Assembly (NCBI GenBank): GCA_964016885.1
Contig: OZ024746.1
Coordinates: 100,068,001-100,132,000 of the forward strand
From: Eledone cirrhosa
Lineage: Eukaryota
Direction of reading: 5' to 3'
Length of the DNA: 64,000 nucleotides
Shown: positions 1 through 11,863 of the stretch, piece after piece
Layout of the letters: each line of letters starts with the position of its first letter
Position numbering within the stretch: the first letter of the stretch is position 1
The notes under the pieces: generated by a model
The model's input: only the letters and a program-made list of their open reading frames with translations
The model's database searches: none
Told to the model about the DNA's origin: nothing
Program-made: the position numbers and the translations under genes

Positions 1-110
1 AAATCCCGCCGAGGTTAACTTTGCCTTTCATCCTTACGGGGTCGATAAAATAAAGTACCAGTAATGTACTGGGTAATTGCTGGCCTTGTGCCTAAAGTAA
101 AAACAATTAT
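1..110 (+). mobile_element. tRNA-derived SINE (main family), partial copy
   Basis: AAATCCCGCCGAGGTTAACTTTGCCTTTCATCCTTACGGGGTCGATAAAATAAAGTACCAGT core, which recurs more than 15 times in the window; full copies carry A-box and B-box (GTTCAAATCC) motifs. Confidence 0.8.
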
Positions 111-517
111 TACGTTTAGTTAATGTTTAGTTAATTTTATTACGCTAGTCTGTTGAGTTTGAGAGAAATGATAGTAGTTGAGTCTGGATTTGAGCTTCCT
201 TTAGAGATCATTTCGACTTCTGCTACTGATACGTTGTTTTGGCGGCGAATTGGCACTCAGCTGTCAAAAATGAGTTGTATCTGTAATTCGAGGAGCCAGC
301 CTTGTCACATTTTATATCACGTTGAATCTCCCTGAGAACTACGTTAAAGATACACGTGTTTGTGGAATGCAAGTTCATTTCACAAGCAGGTTGTTTCATT
401 GATCGTATCAACAGGAATACTCGTCGTCGTAACCGACGGAGTACCACTAACGGTTTACGTATGGAACACAATCGAAAGCTTACCCCATTATACACACATC
501 TATAATGTCATTCTATA

Positions 518-860
518 GGTAGTGAATTGTCAGAGTCGTTAGAACGTCAGATAGAATGCTTTATGGTATTTGTTCCGCCTCTCTCTGCTCCCTTAGTTCA
601 CATGTCGCTGAGGTCACCTTTACCTTTCATCCTTTCGAGGTCGATAGAAAAGTACCAGTTTTGTACTAAGGTCGTTTCTTCTATATCTTTTTTTTATTCT
701 TCTCTTTCGCTGTCTATCCTTCACTAGAAGAAATCTGCTGTGTTCACACCCGAAGAGGAGATGGGCTCCGACAGGTTTAAAACTGCCTAAGAAACACCGT
801 ACATCACTACGGCGTTCCTACGACTCCAGACGGAGTTACGGGGCTAATACATACAAAATG
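518..860 (+). mobile_element. tRNA-derived SINE, long-tailed subfamily
   Basis: Head GGTAGTGAATTGTCAGAGTCGTTAGAACGTCAG, same core, plus a tail GAAGAAATCTGCTGT...GGGCTCC...GGAGTTACGGG shared with 10490-10620 (-) and 56620-57065 (+). Confidence 0.7.
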
Positions 861-1344
861 TTATTCTACTTGTCATGGTATAGGTTCGATTCTTCCTTTC
901 TTTGGAAGAAATCCTTTGTACACACATCTGGAGAGGGGTGGGCTCCGCCAGGTTTAAAATACCCAAGAAATGCCGATTCTATCAGGAGTTACGGGACTAT
1001 ACCATACATGAATATTAACCTCTGAAAAGGGGTATCTTTGTTATAGTTGACATCATAAAATTAACCTTTGAAATGTTCTAAAATGTTCGACTTGTGTGTA
1101 TGTAATCTTTCTTTCTTTTGAGACAGCAATCACGTGACATCCCTCAGGCTTGTGGTATTAGGGTGCGTAAGGTCCACACTCTTATGTGGGCAAAGATCCT
1201 GGCACTCACTCAGTATGTGGCGAAATGGTGATGGCTGCAGGCCCCATTGAATCGGCCGAGACCTGTGCCCAGTCGATTCAGGGACAACCACTCCCTCTGA
1301 GAAAGGTTAGCATCTGGTGGGAGGGTTGTATTGGGCTTGATATT

Positions 1345-1900
1345 CAGTTAAGCCAGTCGAACTCAGATCGTAAAGGGGCGTAACTCTTTGCGTCAAAGCA
1401 TGGCATCCGACCTTCTACTGATACTGCCAATCCACCGCTCTTAAAGTTAAAAAAGATACTCAATACAATGGTAGAGTTTGGACATCATTATTTTAACTTT
1501 GCCTTTCATCCTTATGGGGTCGATAAAATAAAGTACCAGTAATGCACTGTGTATTACTGGTACTTTATTTTATCGACCCATAAGGATGAAAGGCAAAGTT
1601 AACCTCGGCGGGATTTTAACTCAGAATGGAAAGGGCCATAACTCTATGCGTCAAAGCATGGCGTCCGACCCTCTACCGATGCTGCCAATCCACCTATTTT
1701 ACATAAAATAATTGTTTCTACTTTTGGCACAAGGCCAGCAATTACCCAGTGCATTACTGGTACTTTATTTTATCGACCCCGTAAGGATGAAAGGCAAAGT
1801 TAACCTCGGCGGGATTTTAACTCAGTCCGTAATGCGAAGTAACTCTTTGCTGCAAAGCATGGCGTCCGACCCTCTACCGATACTGCCAATCCACCGCCTT
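1345..1900 (-). mobile_element. Cluster of three SINE copies (main family), including a fold-back pair
   Basis: Repeated AACTCAG...CAAAGCATGGCGTCCGACCCTCTACCGATACTGCCAATCCACCGC (reverse complement of the tRNA-like head); inverted core duplication at 1493-1602. Confidence 0.8.
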
Positions 1901-2061
1901 TTTTTTTTAAATAGTAGACCAGCCACCGTCCAAACTCTACCATTGTATTGAGTATCTTTTTTAACTAGGCTCATTTCTTGATTCCCATCGGTAATCCAAC
2001 TTTAATATTATACATACATTCATACTTACATACATACACATACATACACGCATACATACAA

Positions 2062-2430
2062 CGTACTCTGTTGTAGAGATCAGCTGCCCACTTGATGTCA
2101 AAGTTGTCGGAAAAATACAGGAGGGGGAGGATATCTACGGACCATTGAAGAGGAATTTGCAGATCCAGTATCTAAGATACACCTTCTGCTTCATACCCGT
2201 CATGATTGGAGTTGCAGGTTATATACTGACCCGCTTGGACCAAAGTATAACTGAACTTGGATTTGTGGACAAAGAGCACAACTCCCTAATTCATAGACTA
2301 CAAATGGCTGCGATAGCTGGCACTTTCAAAATTTGCAAAACATTCTTGCAATTCATGGGATGGCAATTTCTTTTCTTTTACAACCTTGCCGGTCAAAAAT
2401 GTACTCGAAATTAAGAGAAAGAGAAACATA
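2062..2430 (+). mobile_element. R4/Dong-like non-LTR retrotransposon, 3' fragment (family A)
   Basis: Encodes VEISCPLD...YGPL...LQMAAIAGTFKICKTF (end of the restriction-like endonuclease); homologous to 36870-37240 and 43370-43712; (CATA)n on both sides. Confidence 0.8.
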
Positions 2431-2804
2431 ATACATGCATGCATACATACATACATACATACATACATACATACATACATACATACATACATACATACAT
2501 ACATACATACATACATACATACATGCAACCTTTTTTGAGAAGTGGGCCGCATGAGATATGGCTCATCAGGCGGGCCGCAAGCACTAATTTACATTCGTGC
2601 CCACATTAAAAAAAAGATGATAACTCAGGTTGTTTTGATTTATTTCTTCAGAATTCGTACACGTTGTTTTCCTCGATCGTAAAAATGATAGAAAGATAAA
2701 TTACGACTGAAAAGTTGGGGTAAAAAAATCAGAAAGATCTCACTTAGGTGGCTTAGGCGAGCCTTTCAGAAAGCTTCGCTTTGACTGCTTCAGACGTTTT
2801 ATAG

Positions 2805-2975
2805 AATATCAAGTACAGCAATGCCAGGCCAACCCGTGGTGAAGGCAGAGTAGTTAAGGAACTGTTCGCCTAGCTCTACAAATCACTTCAATATCGATGA
2901 CCCCATATACGGACCATATCAGATATCAAGCTGATAAGATCAGATACTACACTTTGATCTTAGCCAAAAGGCTCA
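2805..2975 (-). pseudogene. U2: U2 snRNA-derived copy (probable pseudogene)
   Basis: Minus strand GCCTTTTGGCTAAGATCAAAGTGTAGTATCTGATCTTATCAG...ATATCTGATA...CCTGGCATTGCTGTAC matches U2, including the branch-point recognition sequence GTAGTA. The first ~10 nt (ATCGCTTCTC) are missing and the Sm site is degenerate (GATTTGTAG). Confidence 0.85.
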
Positions 2976-3373
2976 GGAATAAGTGGGCAAAGAAGAAGAC
3001 TAATATCATCAAGTTTATCTGTTTTCCTGTTAACTCGTTTGTAGTAGAGACATGGGATGGTAGATGGTGTTTGAATTTTATTTAAAAGCCAGTATCTCGT
3101 CTCAGGAATTGTTATTTAGAAATCGTTAAAGATGATCTCCGATGTACAAACCGCCAACATCACCTGACACGGATGTCAACATGCTACTGCCCACCTACAG
3201 CGTTGGAGGCAATTGGTTGACTTATGTTCCCGACGGAACAAGCCGGACTTAAATCTAAAAGCTAAATGATTATCTCATTAAACACATGTCCGAATATTCT
3301 AATTAGAATTATGATTGATTAGATTAATTTAAAAAATTAACCAACAACAATATTTTTTGCAAAAGTCATCTGT

Positions 3374-3411
3374 TTTATTAACAATGAAACTAGTTTCGTA
3401 GAAACTTTATT
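3374..3411 (-). promoter_or_regulatory. Candidate polyadenylation signals of the neuropeptide mRNA
   Basis: AATAAA on the minus strand at 3374-3379 and 3406-3411, ~400 nt after the stop. The AT-rich background makes chance matches likely. Confidence 0.35.
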
Positions 3412-3810
3412 CCATTCTGTTTTTGTTTTGTTTTGTTTTGTTTTTATCAATAAAAAAAAAGAAATAGTTTTTTTTTTTAATTTCTGAGGTTGTGATATAT
3501 CTTACAGTTTTTGCTGATATTTTCGTCTTTTCACTTTAAATTAAGCAACCATTCTAATAAGATTCATTCTACTGCAACCCAAGGTTCAACGGATTGTCAG
3601 CGGATTGCTCTTTTGATTTAAAAAAATCCAGCTGTTTCAATTTTTTAAAAGGTTTTATTGTTTACCTTATATTTTCATGGACATATACTTTCATTTTTTT
3701 TTTTTTAGTTTTTAATAAGAAACATAATTATATATATATATATTTATTTATGTCTCAGAGTAAACAACTAAAAGTCAAAATATAATGTCTATCCAGAAAA
3801 ACAATTGAAA

Positions 3811-4473
3811 TTATTTGTCACCGAATCCACGCTTATCTCCAAAACCACGTTTATCGCCAAAACCGCGTTTATCTCCAAAACCTCTCTTGTCACCAAAACC
3901 ACGTTTATCTCCGAATCCACGTTTATCTCCAAAACCTCTTCCAACAACCATGAATCGTTTGTCACCAAATCCTCTTTTATCACCAAATCCTCTTTTGTCA
4001 CCAAATCCTCTTTTGTCTTCGATACTCCTGTCTAAAAGTTCAAGGTAGTCAGGGTTAGAAAAATCCGATTTTTCCATAATTCGGTTATCACCAAACCCTC
4101 TTTTATCTCCAAATCCGCGTGCAAAGAGTTCAATTCCTTGTAATTCAGGTGATCCTTCTCTCTCGTAGCTAATTTCAGCTAAGCGTTTATCACCAAATCC
4201 TCTTGTTTCTAATAAAATGGGTCTGATATTTCCATCTCGTTTATCTCCAAAACCACGTTTGGCGACAAGATTCCTTCCAATGATGCCAGATTTAAGAGCT
4301 TTTTCCATAGAAAGTAGTCTGTCTTTGTTGAGTTCTTTAGCCTCTTCATGGCTGTGCAATGATAGAAGCTGCCTGCTATTATAACTCCCAATATTATAAC
4401 TGCGGCAAATGTGGATGGACACTGTCAGGAACAAGGTAAATAGCAAGGAACTGTAATTCTTAAGTTCCACCAT
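3811..4473 (-). CDS. achatin: Achatin/Ocp-type neuropeptide precursor (220 aa, 14 x GFGD)
   Basis: ATG at 4473 (the ORF-track GTG start at 4503 is unlikely). Hydrophobic signal peptide MVELKNYSSLLFTLFLTVSIHICRS, then 14 GFGD units flanked by KR/R convertase sites, TAA at 3811-3813. The 18-bp repeats vary almost only at synonymous positions. GFGD is the sequence of octopus Ocp-1/Ocp-2; snail achatin is GFAD. Confidence 0.93.
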   Translation of the reverse strand: MVELKNYSSLLFTLFLTVSIHICRSYNIGSYNSRQLLSLHSHEEAKELNKDRLLSMEKALKSGIIGRNLVAKRGFGDKRDGNIRPILLETRGFGDKRLAEISYEREGSPELQGIELFARGFGDKRGFGDNRIMEKSDFSNPDYLELLDRSIEDKRGFGDKRGFGDKRGFGDKRFMVVGRGFGDKRGFGDKRGFGDKRGFGDKRGFGDKRGFGDKRGFGDK

Positions 4474-4556
4474 TGCTTGGCAGGATAAGTGATTTGTCAG
4501 CACGGTAGTGAGAGAGAGAGAAAGGGTGGGAAAATATATTTCGAAGCGAGGGAAAC

Positions 4557-4600
4557 CTGTAAAATAAAAGAAGAAATGAAAACAATTGATTTAACATAAA
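4557..4600 (-). other. Splice acceptor of a 5'-UTR intron of the neuropeptide gene
   Basis: Minus strand reads TTGTTTTCATTTCTTCTTTTATTTTACAG|GTTTCC: a long polypyrimidine tract plus CAG|G, 83 nt upstream of the ATG. Confidence 0.7.
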
Positions 4601-5404
4601 GATTTCGAACAGGCACAAGGACAATTTTTTTCTGTTAACTTTTTAAATAATAATAATAATGAAATTAATGTGTACAGTGCTCAGGTGCACTACAACTCAT
4701 CAAAGGTGCATGTATAGTATATAGAATAATGTACAAATGTCAGGAAAGTGAACAGTGTATGAGTCATGATGTACATGTGAGCGTGTGTATGGAGGGGGGA
4801 TAAAAAATATATCGATTTCAATCCTACACTGGTGATTTGTTTTATCGGCCCTGCAAGGATAGAAAGTAGAGTCAACCTCGACAAGTTTTGCACTCAGAAT
4901 TTAAAGGGACGTGACTAAATACAGCAAATAATTCTCTTCGAAAGCCACAAATAATTTAATAAGACAATAATTATCTAACACAGGCACAAGATCTAATATT
5001 TTGTGTAGAAGAGTGTCATAGTCGATTTAATTGGTGTTTATTCTATCGATCATGGAAAGACTAAAGGTCTTTCATGGTAGTATTTGAACCCTGGACATTA
5101 AAGGGATATAAGGACATAACACAATGTATTTTCACTAAAGTGTTATTCATTGTACTACAATCCACCTCGCTTTAATATAATCTTCATAGTAGTCATTCAG
5201 ATTTTAACATTAATATTAACATTAATCTAAAACGTTCAAATAAATATTTCTTGAAGAGGACCCCGAAACTTTGTGTCGCGATGTACAGTGGTTCCAATCT
5301 TTTTTATTTTTATTTTTTACTTATAGCGAACATTAGAACAAGTAAAACTATTTTGGTGCACTTTGTAGCTAAATTCGACAATTCATTCAAAATAGAAATA
5401 TAGA

Positions 5405-6400
5405 TTTCTTTATTTACCATAAAGGCATAAAAAGAAGGGACAAATACAAAGGGGGAGTTTACATATAATCGAGTAAAAAGGGTGTAACATGAAAATAATC
5501 GAAAATAACCTCAAAAGGGAGGGGACGTGATGGGGGTTGCACACACCCCCGAAAAAGTGTGCAATCCTTTGCCCGGGAAGCACATGGAGAAGGTGCTCCC
5601 CTCTCCTTTACTTCTTTACCTACAGGATGGTATACAGAGAAGGCCCATTTACACGAGCCATTCTCGCCACTATCACCCACCTTTCATAAAACTGCCTGTG
5701 GCCAAGCACCTCTCTCTCCATTCTTATCCTTCTTCCGAAGTGATATCGGAAGAAGTAGACCAGACTATGGCCAGAGAGGAAGTTGCCTGACCTCAGACCT
5801 TTCAATCGTGTCCACCAAACAACCTCTTTCAACATGGCTATTACGCACAGAAAAACCGCCTTTGCTTCCTTTGTGAAGAGGGGAGGCGGTTTGATTGTCA
5901 TCACGGACTCGGCGGTCAATTTAATCGGCGCCACCCGCGACAGCAGTTGTTCGGCGTAGCCCCACAGATCAGCCACGCCCGGACATTGCACCAATGCGTG
6001 CGCTACGGTTTCTTCGTGACGCACGCATCTAGGGCAAATCTTTTTTGAGGGATCCCTGCCCGGGCGCCCGTGTCTGTAGAGCCTCTCTCGAACGGGTAGA
6101 GCCCCTCGGTAGCACTGCCAGGCCAGTGACTTCTGGAAGTTGTCCATTGGTCCTGGGCCGAAAGTCCTACCGAACAGGCTGGCCAGTTCGTCTTCTTCCA
6201 TGTCCAGCGACTCTCCAAGGGTGTCATCGCCCCTGCTAGCCACCAGCCCTCTATAGAATGATGAGGTGGATTCTCCACCGATGGCCTGGCCCGCTTGCCA
6301 GAGAGCCCTGAGCGCCTGAGCACACTCAGTGTGCCAGTCTCCCAGTTTTCCGGATCTTTGCTTGACCCAGGACTGTAGCTCGGTGACTGACACACTCAGA
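5405..6400 (-). mobile_element. L1/Tx1-clade LINE, 5'-truncated 3' fragment
   Basis: ORF 5620-6549 contains SLAWQCYRGALPVRERL...CPRCVRHEETVAHALVQC, the zf-RVT/CCHC C-terminus of L1/Tx1 ORF2; GC-rich island in an AT-rich background. Confidence 0.8.
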
Positions 6401-7232
6401 AGCGCAGGTACATACAGAGATTGGAAAGTTTTGGCTGATGACGCACAGATACACCCGGGGCTTGATATGTTTGCATGTTGACAAGTTGACATGTTTGATA
6501 TTTCCGAGATGACAATGATAAACGTGTGAGGTTGCCACTCGTACGACACGGTCTTCCGCAGTTCGTCTCTTGACTAAGCTGCATTCCACAACGAGGTTAC
6601 GGGTTCATCATCTGGGATGGTGCCAGGCGTTCACTGGACTATGTGATCATTTGAGAGTCTACTCTTACATTCTAAACAGAGTTAGTAAAGGATATGAAGA
6701 ATGCTGGCCTAGGAACGATTCTGGACATCTAAGAGAACAGCTGGAATAGTCGCTTCTGAAAAACAATTTCCATGTGTTATCTCCTGGCAGCGCTCTAGGG
6801 ATAAACTAGCTTGGCCCTGTTAAAACTGCAGCAACCAAATACATCTGAGAAGTGTGAGGGCTGACGAAACTTTCCGGCACGTATGTTCAGTATCCTTACG
6901 TTACTGATATGTAGAATTGCGCCAAACAGCTGTTATGAGGTGCTGGACAGATCCACCAATATTCTTTGGCAAGGAAGAACGTGTTGTCTTCCTAACATCT
7001 GATGGTTACGGTGAAGAAAATTGTATGGTGGAAGAAGTTTGAAAGCTCTGAAGACATGGCTTTTTCTCTTAAGATAAGCTATCAGCTTCTTCTAATAACA
7101 CTTAAAGAGGAAGATGAGGGTAGAATGAAAGGTTCTGCTCTCCAGAAAAATGGAGGAAAGTGGCGAAATTAACCCTCATCAGCTGTGCGGTTGAAGTTGA
7201 GCCGTAAGAACTAGGAGCTAGGAGAAGTAGCG

Positions 7233-8037
7233 ATGTTGTGTGTGGGGGTGACCAAAATAATCCTATGTTGTGTGTGGGGGTGACGAAAGTAATCCTATGT
7301 TGTGTGTGGAGGTGACCAAAATAATCCTATGTTGTGTGTGGGGGTGACGAAAGTAATCCTATGTTGTGTGTGGGGGTGACCAAAATAATCCTATGTTGCG
7401 TGTGGGGGGTGACCAAAATAATCCTATGTTGTGTGTGGGGGTGCCCAAAATAATCCTATGTTGTGTGTGGGGGGTGACCAAAATAATCCTATGTTGTGTG
7501 TGGGGGTGCCCAAAGTAATCCTATGTTGTGTGTGGGGGGTGACCAAAATAATCCTATGTTGTGTGTGTGGGTGCCCAAAGTAATCCTATGTTGTGTGTGG
7601 GGGGTGACCAAAATAATCCTATGTTGTGTGTGTGGGTACCCAAAGTAATCCGATGTTGTGTGTGGGGGGTGACCAAAATAATCCTATGTTGTGTGTGTGG
7701 GTACCCAAAGTAATCCTATGTTGTGTGTGGGGGGTGACCAAAATAATCCTATGTTGTGTGTGTGGGTACCCAAAGTAATCCGATGTTGTGTGTGGGGGGT
7801 GACCAAAATAATCCTATGTTGTGTGTGTGGGTACCCAAAGTAATCCTATGTTGTGTGTGGGGGGTGACCAAAATAATCCTATGTTGTGTGTGGGGGGTAC
7901 CCAAAGTAATCCTATGTTGTGTGTGGGGGTGCCCAAAATAATCCTATGTTGTGTGTGGGGGTGCCCAAAATAATCCTATGTTGTGTGTGGGGGTACCCAA
8001 AGTAATCCGATGTTGCGTGTGGGGTGCCCAAAATAAC
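7233..8037. repeat. 31-32-bp G-rich minisatellite (~25 copies)
   Basis: Unit ATCCTATGTTGTGTGTGGGGG(G)TGACCAAA(A/G)TA with alternating variants. Confidence 0.95.
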
Positions 8038-9484
8038 ATCTGGTTGCTCTTGTCGTTGGATACTTTTCTTATTATTTCTGTTCTGTATCATTCCAAATGC
8101 AGGGCCTTGTCACTCCTGTTGGAGGAACCCTCCTTGGTTGTCCTCTACCACTTCCTATCTTTGGTCATACTGGGCCATGTGGGCCCGAGGTATCGGGTCA
8201 GACCATCGGGACATCTTGCTTCTAGTCTTTCACCTCTGCTTTGATGTCCACTCTATCTTTAGTTCTGTGTGTTATTACCTCCTTATTAATATGTATTTAT
8301 TGATAACTTTTACTTGAAGCGAATCCCCTCTATTTGGGTTTTTCATTGTGTATGTTGCCTCTTCTTCTAACGCCTTCGGCAATTGTTGACAATAAAAGAA
8401 ACCGTCATCATCATCATCATCATCATCATCACCATCATCATCACCATCATCATCATCATCATCATATAGTTATAAATCTTTACTTTCTGAGTTTAAGTCC
8501 GACCTAGGTTGGCTTTGCCTTTCACCTTTACGGGGTCGATAAAATAAAGTACCAGTAATACACTGGGCTCAATTTAATCGACTCCCCCCCCCCCTTGAAT
8601 TGTTGGCCTTGAGCCAAAACGTAAATACAATTATTATAAAAATGTAAATATATACAAATACATGTAAAAGTGAGAAAATTAATCGCTAGAACAGCCGTTA
8701 AACAGTCAAATGCTGTCAAAGACAGCGATGGGCAGAAATGCCTGCTGGTATGATGCGTTTGTCTTCTTTTGTCCTACTTCTGCTGTTTGTTTTATCTATC
8801 ACACACATACCAACAAAGATTTATTTTTCTGTTGCACGATTGAGCTTTTCAAAATTGTACACTCCATTAAATTGAGTGAAACCATTTTGATGATTCGAGA
8901 GCTGATGAGGATGAAGATGCGTGTTTGTAAACTTGTCTTGTACATTGCCTTTCTTTATTTCCTTCTTCCAGTCACTTCTATGTACCAACACACATCTCCT
9001 TGTCCTTCTCGTCTTTCAATCTTTTCTATATTTCATCTCCATGTCCTTCTCGTCTTTCAATCTTTTCTATATTTCATCTCCATGTCCACCTCGTAGATTA
9101 TCTCTCTGTTGACCACTGGCCACTGGTCTCTGTCCTCTGAGGCAGTTTTACCCATCACTGTCTTTGACAGCATCTAACTGTATTTACGGCTGTTCTAGCG
9201 ATGAGTTTTCTCATTTTTATATGTATTTAAATACACTCTCGCTTCGTCTCAATCAGAGACAACAATGTTTTTCAAATAATCTTTTACTCTTTTACTCTTT
9301 TACCTGTTCCAGCCATCCGGCTGAAGCCATGCTGGTTTTATTATTATAAAACCGTATTCTGAGTACGAAACAACTGTCTTCTACTAGGAGCTTGATTTGA
9401 ACAATGAGTTGTGATTGGAAATTGGTAGATATACCAATGCATATATGCATATATGTATATATGTATATATGTATGTATGTAATA

Positions 9485-9892
9485 TCAGGTCACTGTCGAG
9501 TGCTACTGGTAACATGTAACACTGTACAACCTGTCTGATGGTCGGGTCGTCGGCGACTAAACCAGCAACCCTAGCAAGCTAACTTGGCGAGGAGGGTGAT
9601 ATATGGACACTCTGCCAGATGATATACAAGACTCGGCAAAGGGCGGAGGAACTCAGCAGAGTCAACGGCCATCTAAATATATCCAATGATGTTGACCAGT
9701 TCTCCTTTTCGGGTAGTGTTTTCGATGCTCAGAGAGGGGTATTGGTCGAGTGCAAGGCCTTTCCCCACTTAAAAAACTTTCAAAGCACTGCATTGCTTGT
9801 TACAGGTTCGTGTGGCTGGCCATAGCCTAAAAGTGCACCAAACTCTATAATCTGACAAGCGATTGCAATATCTTAGAGTTTGCAGCCATCGT
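9485..9892 (-). mobile_element. Diverged, shortened relative of the ~610-bp (CATA)n-associated non-coding element
   Basis: TCAGGTCAC...TGCTACTGGTAACATGT...TACAACCTGTCT...GGCGACTAAAC...GAGGAGGGTGA is shared with 38662-39270 and 58427-58931; flanked by TATG repeats. Confidence 0.65.
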
Positions 9893-10489
9893 GTATGTAT
9901 GTATGTATGTATGTATGTATGTATGTATGTATGTATGTATGTATGTATGTATGTATGTATGTATGCGTGCGTTTATGTATGTATATATGTATTTATGTAT
10001 GTATACATGTATGCGTTTATCCATGCATGTTTGTGTTTATGTATGCGTTTATGTATGTATACGTTTATATAGGTATGTATGTATCTGTTTATGTATGCAT
10101 TTGTGTATGTAAACATTTATATAAGTACGTATGTATCTGTTTATGTATGCGTTTATGTATGTATACGTTTATATAAATATGTATGTATCTGTTTATGTAT
10201 GCATCTGTGTATGTAAACGTTTATATAGGTATGTTTGTATCTGTTTATGTACGCATCTGTGTACTTGTTTATATAGACACTTTTTAACCGGTATTGTGTA
10301 CATATATAATTCTCCTGATGTCCTGTAAACCTGGCGACTCGACGAATGAAGATCGACTAAATAAGTTTGGGACTGAAAATAACTACTGGGGTCAATATGA
10401 TCGACTATAAAAATGCAATGCCCCAGCATGGCCAGTATCAAATGACTGAAACTAATAAGAGTGTAAAAAGAGTCTACACACATACATGC

Positions 10490-11230
10490 AAGATCCTGTA
10501 ACTTCTGAGGGAGTCGTAAGAGCGCCATATTCAAATATGGCGTCTCTAAGGTTTTTTTAAAACCTAGTGGAGCCCATCTCTCCAAGTCTGAATACAGCAG
10601 ATTTCTTCCAGAGAGTGAGAGAGAGTGAGAGAGAATGGAAGTGAGAAAGAGATATAGAGCAAGAATTAATCCCAGTATTTGACTGGTACTTTTTTTTTAT
10701 TTGTCTCGAATGGATAAAAGGCAAAGTTGCCCTCGGCGGGATTTGAACTCAGAGAGCAGAGAGCCGAAACGAATACTGTAAACCATTCTATCTGACGTTC
10801 TAACCACTCTACCATTCTATCCGACGTTCTAACCACTCTACCATTCTATCTGATGTTCTAACCACTCTACCATTCTATCTGACGTTCTAACCACTCTACC
10901 ATTCTATCTGACGTTCTAACCACTCTGCCATTCTATCTGACGTTCTAACCACTCTACCATTCTATCTGACGTTCTAACCACTCTACCATTCTATCTGACG
11001 TTCTAACCACTCTACCATTCTATCTGACGTTCTAACCACTCTACCATTCTATCTGACGTTCTAACCACTCTGCCATTCTATCTGACGTTCTAACCACTCT
11101 ACCATTCTATCTGACGTTCTAACCACTCTACCATTCTATCTGACGTTCTAACCACTCTACCATTCTATCTGACGTTCTAACCACTCTACCATTCTATCTG
11201 ACGTTCTAACGACTCTGCCTATTCGCCGCC
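10490..11230 (-). mobile_element. Long-tailed SINE with a tandemly amplified 5' head
   Basis: Tail and core at 10490-10780 and head end (GGCGGCGAATAGGCAGAGTCGTTAG) at ~11230, separated by the 29-bp array. Confidence 0.8.
10782..11220. repeat. 29-bp minisatellite (~15 copies)
   Basis: Unit ACCATTCTATCTGACGTTCTAACCACTCT. Confidence 0.95.
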
Positions 11231-11581
11231 TTATCCATGAATTAGTAAAAATGAGTTTTATGAAATAGTCATACACTGGAAGACTTTAACTCTTATGCAT
11301 AACAATGGAAAATAGCAGCACGGATCCATAACATCACAAGAATTACTAAGAGAAACAAAACTATAATACATTCCTCTCTGGGAGTAATAGAGAATAACCA
11401 TAAAGAGAATTATCGGAAATTTGAACAAATAATTTCTCGCGAGAATAACTTAATTTCATAATGTTATAAACTGCACTCTCACACTAACGGACGTGCTCGT
11501 AAATTAAACACAAGAACGATCATATTGCTACAGAAAAGTACAATAAACATATGTGTGTGTAGGTATACATACAGTTATAAT

Positions 11582-11729
<148 letters not shown>

Positions 11730-11863
11730 ATATTCAATTTAGGAAAATTGGTTGATCAGATAATCCACCGACTTTTGTCGTAAACAGAAGTAAAGCATTC
11801 TACGGATGGTATTGCTTAAAATGTTATCGATAAGGTGTCAACCGCAGTGTCGATATTATAAAG

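Noticed and set aside
3789-4048. Repetitive ORFs overlapping the GFGD array (SPKPRL, FISKTT, VLEIN repeats)
   Set aside because: Antisense or alternative-frame shadows of the 18-bp repeat; only the GFGDKR frame is invariant at the protein level.
7233-8037. CRISPR-like appearance of the ~32-bp, 29-bp and 34-bp repeats
   Set aside because: Contiguous tandem units without unique spacers, no cas genes, and a eukaryotic context.
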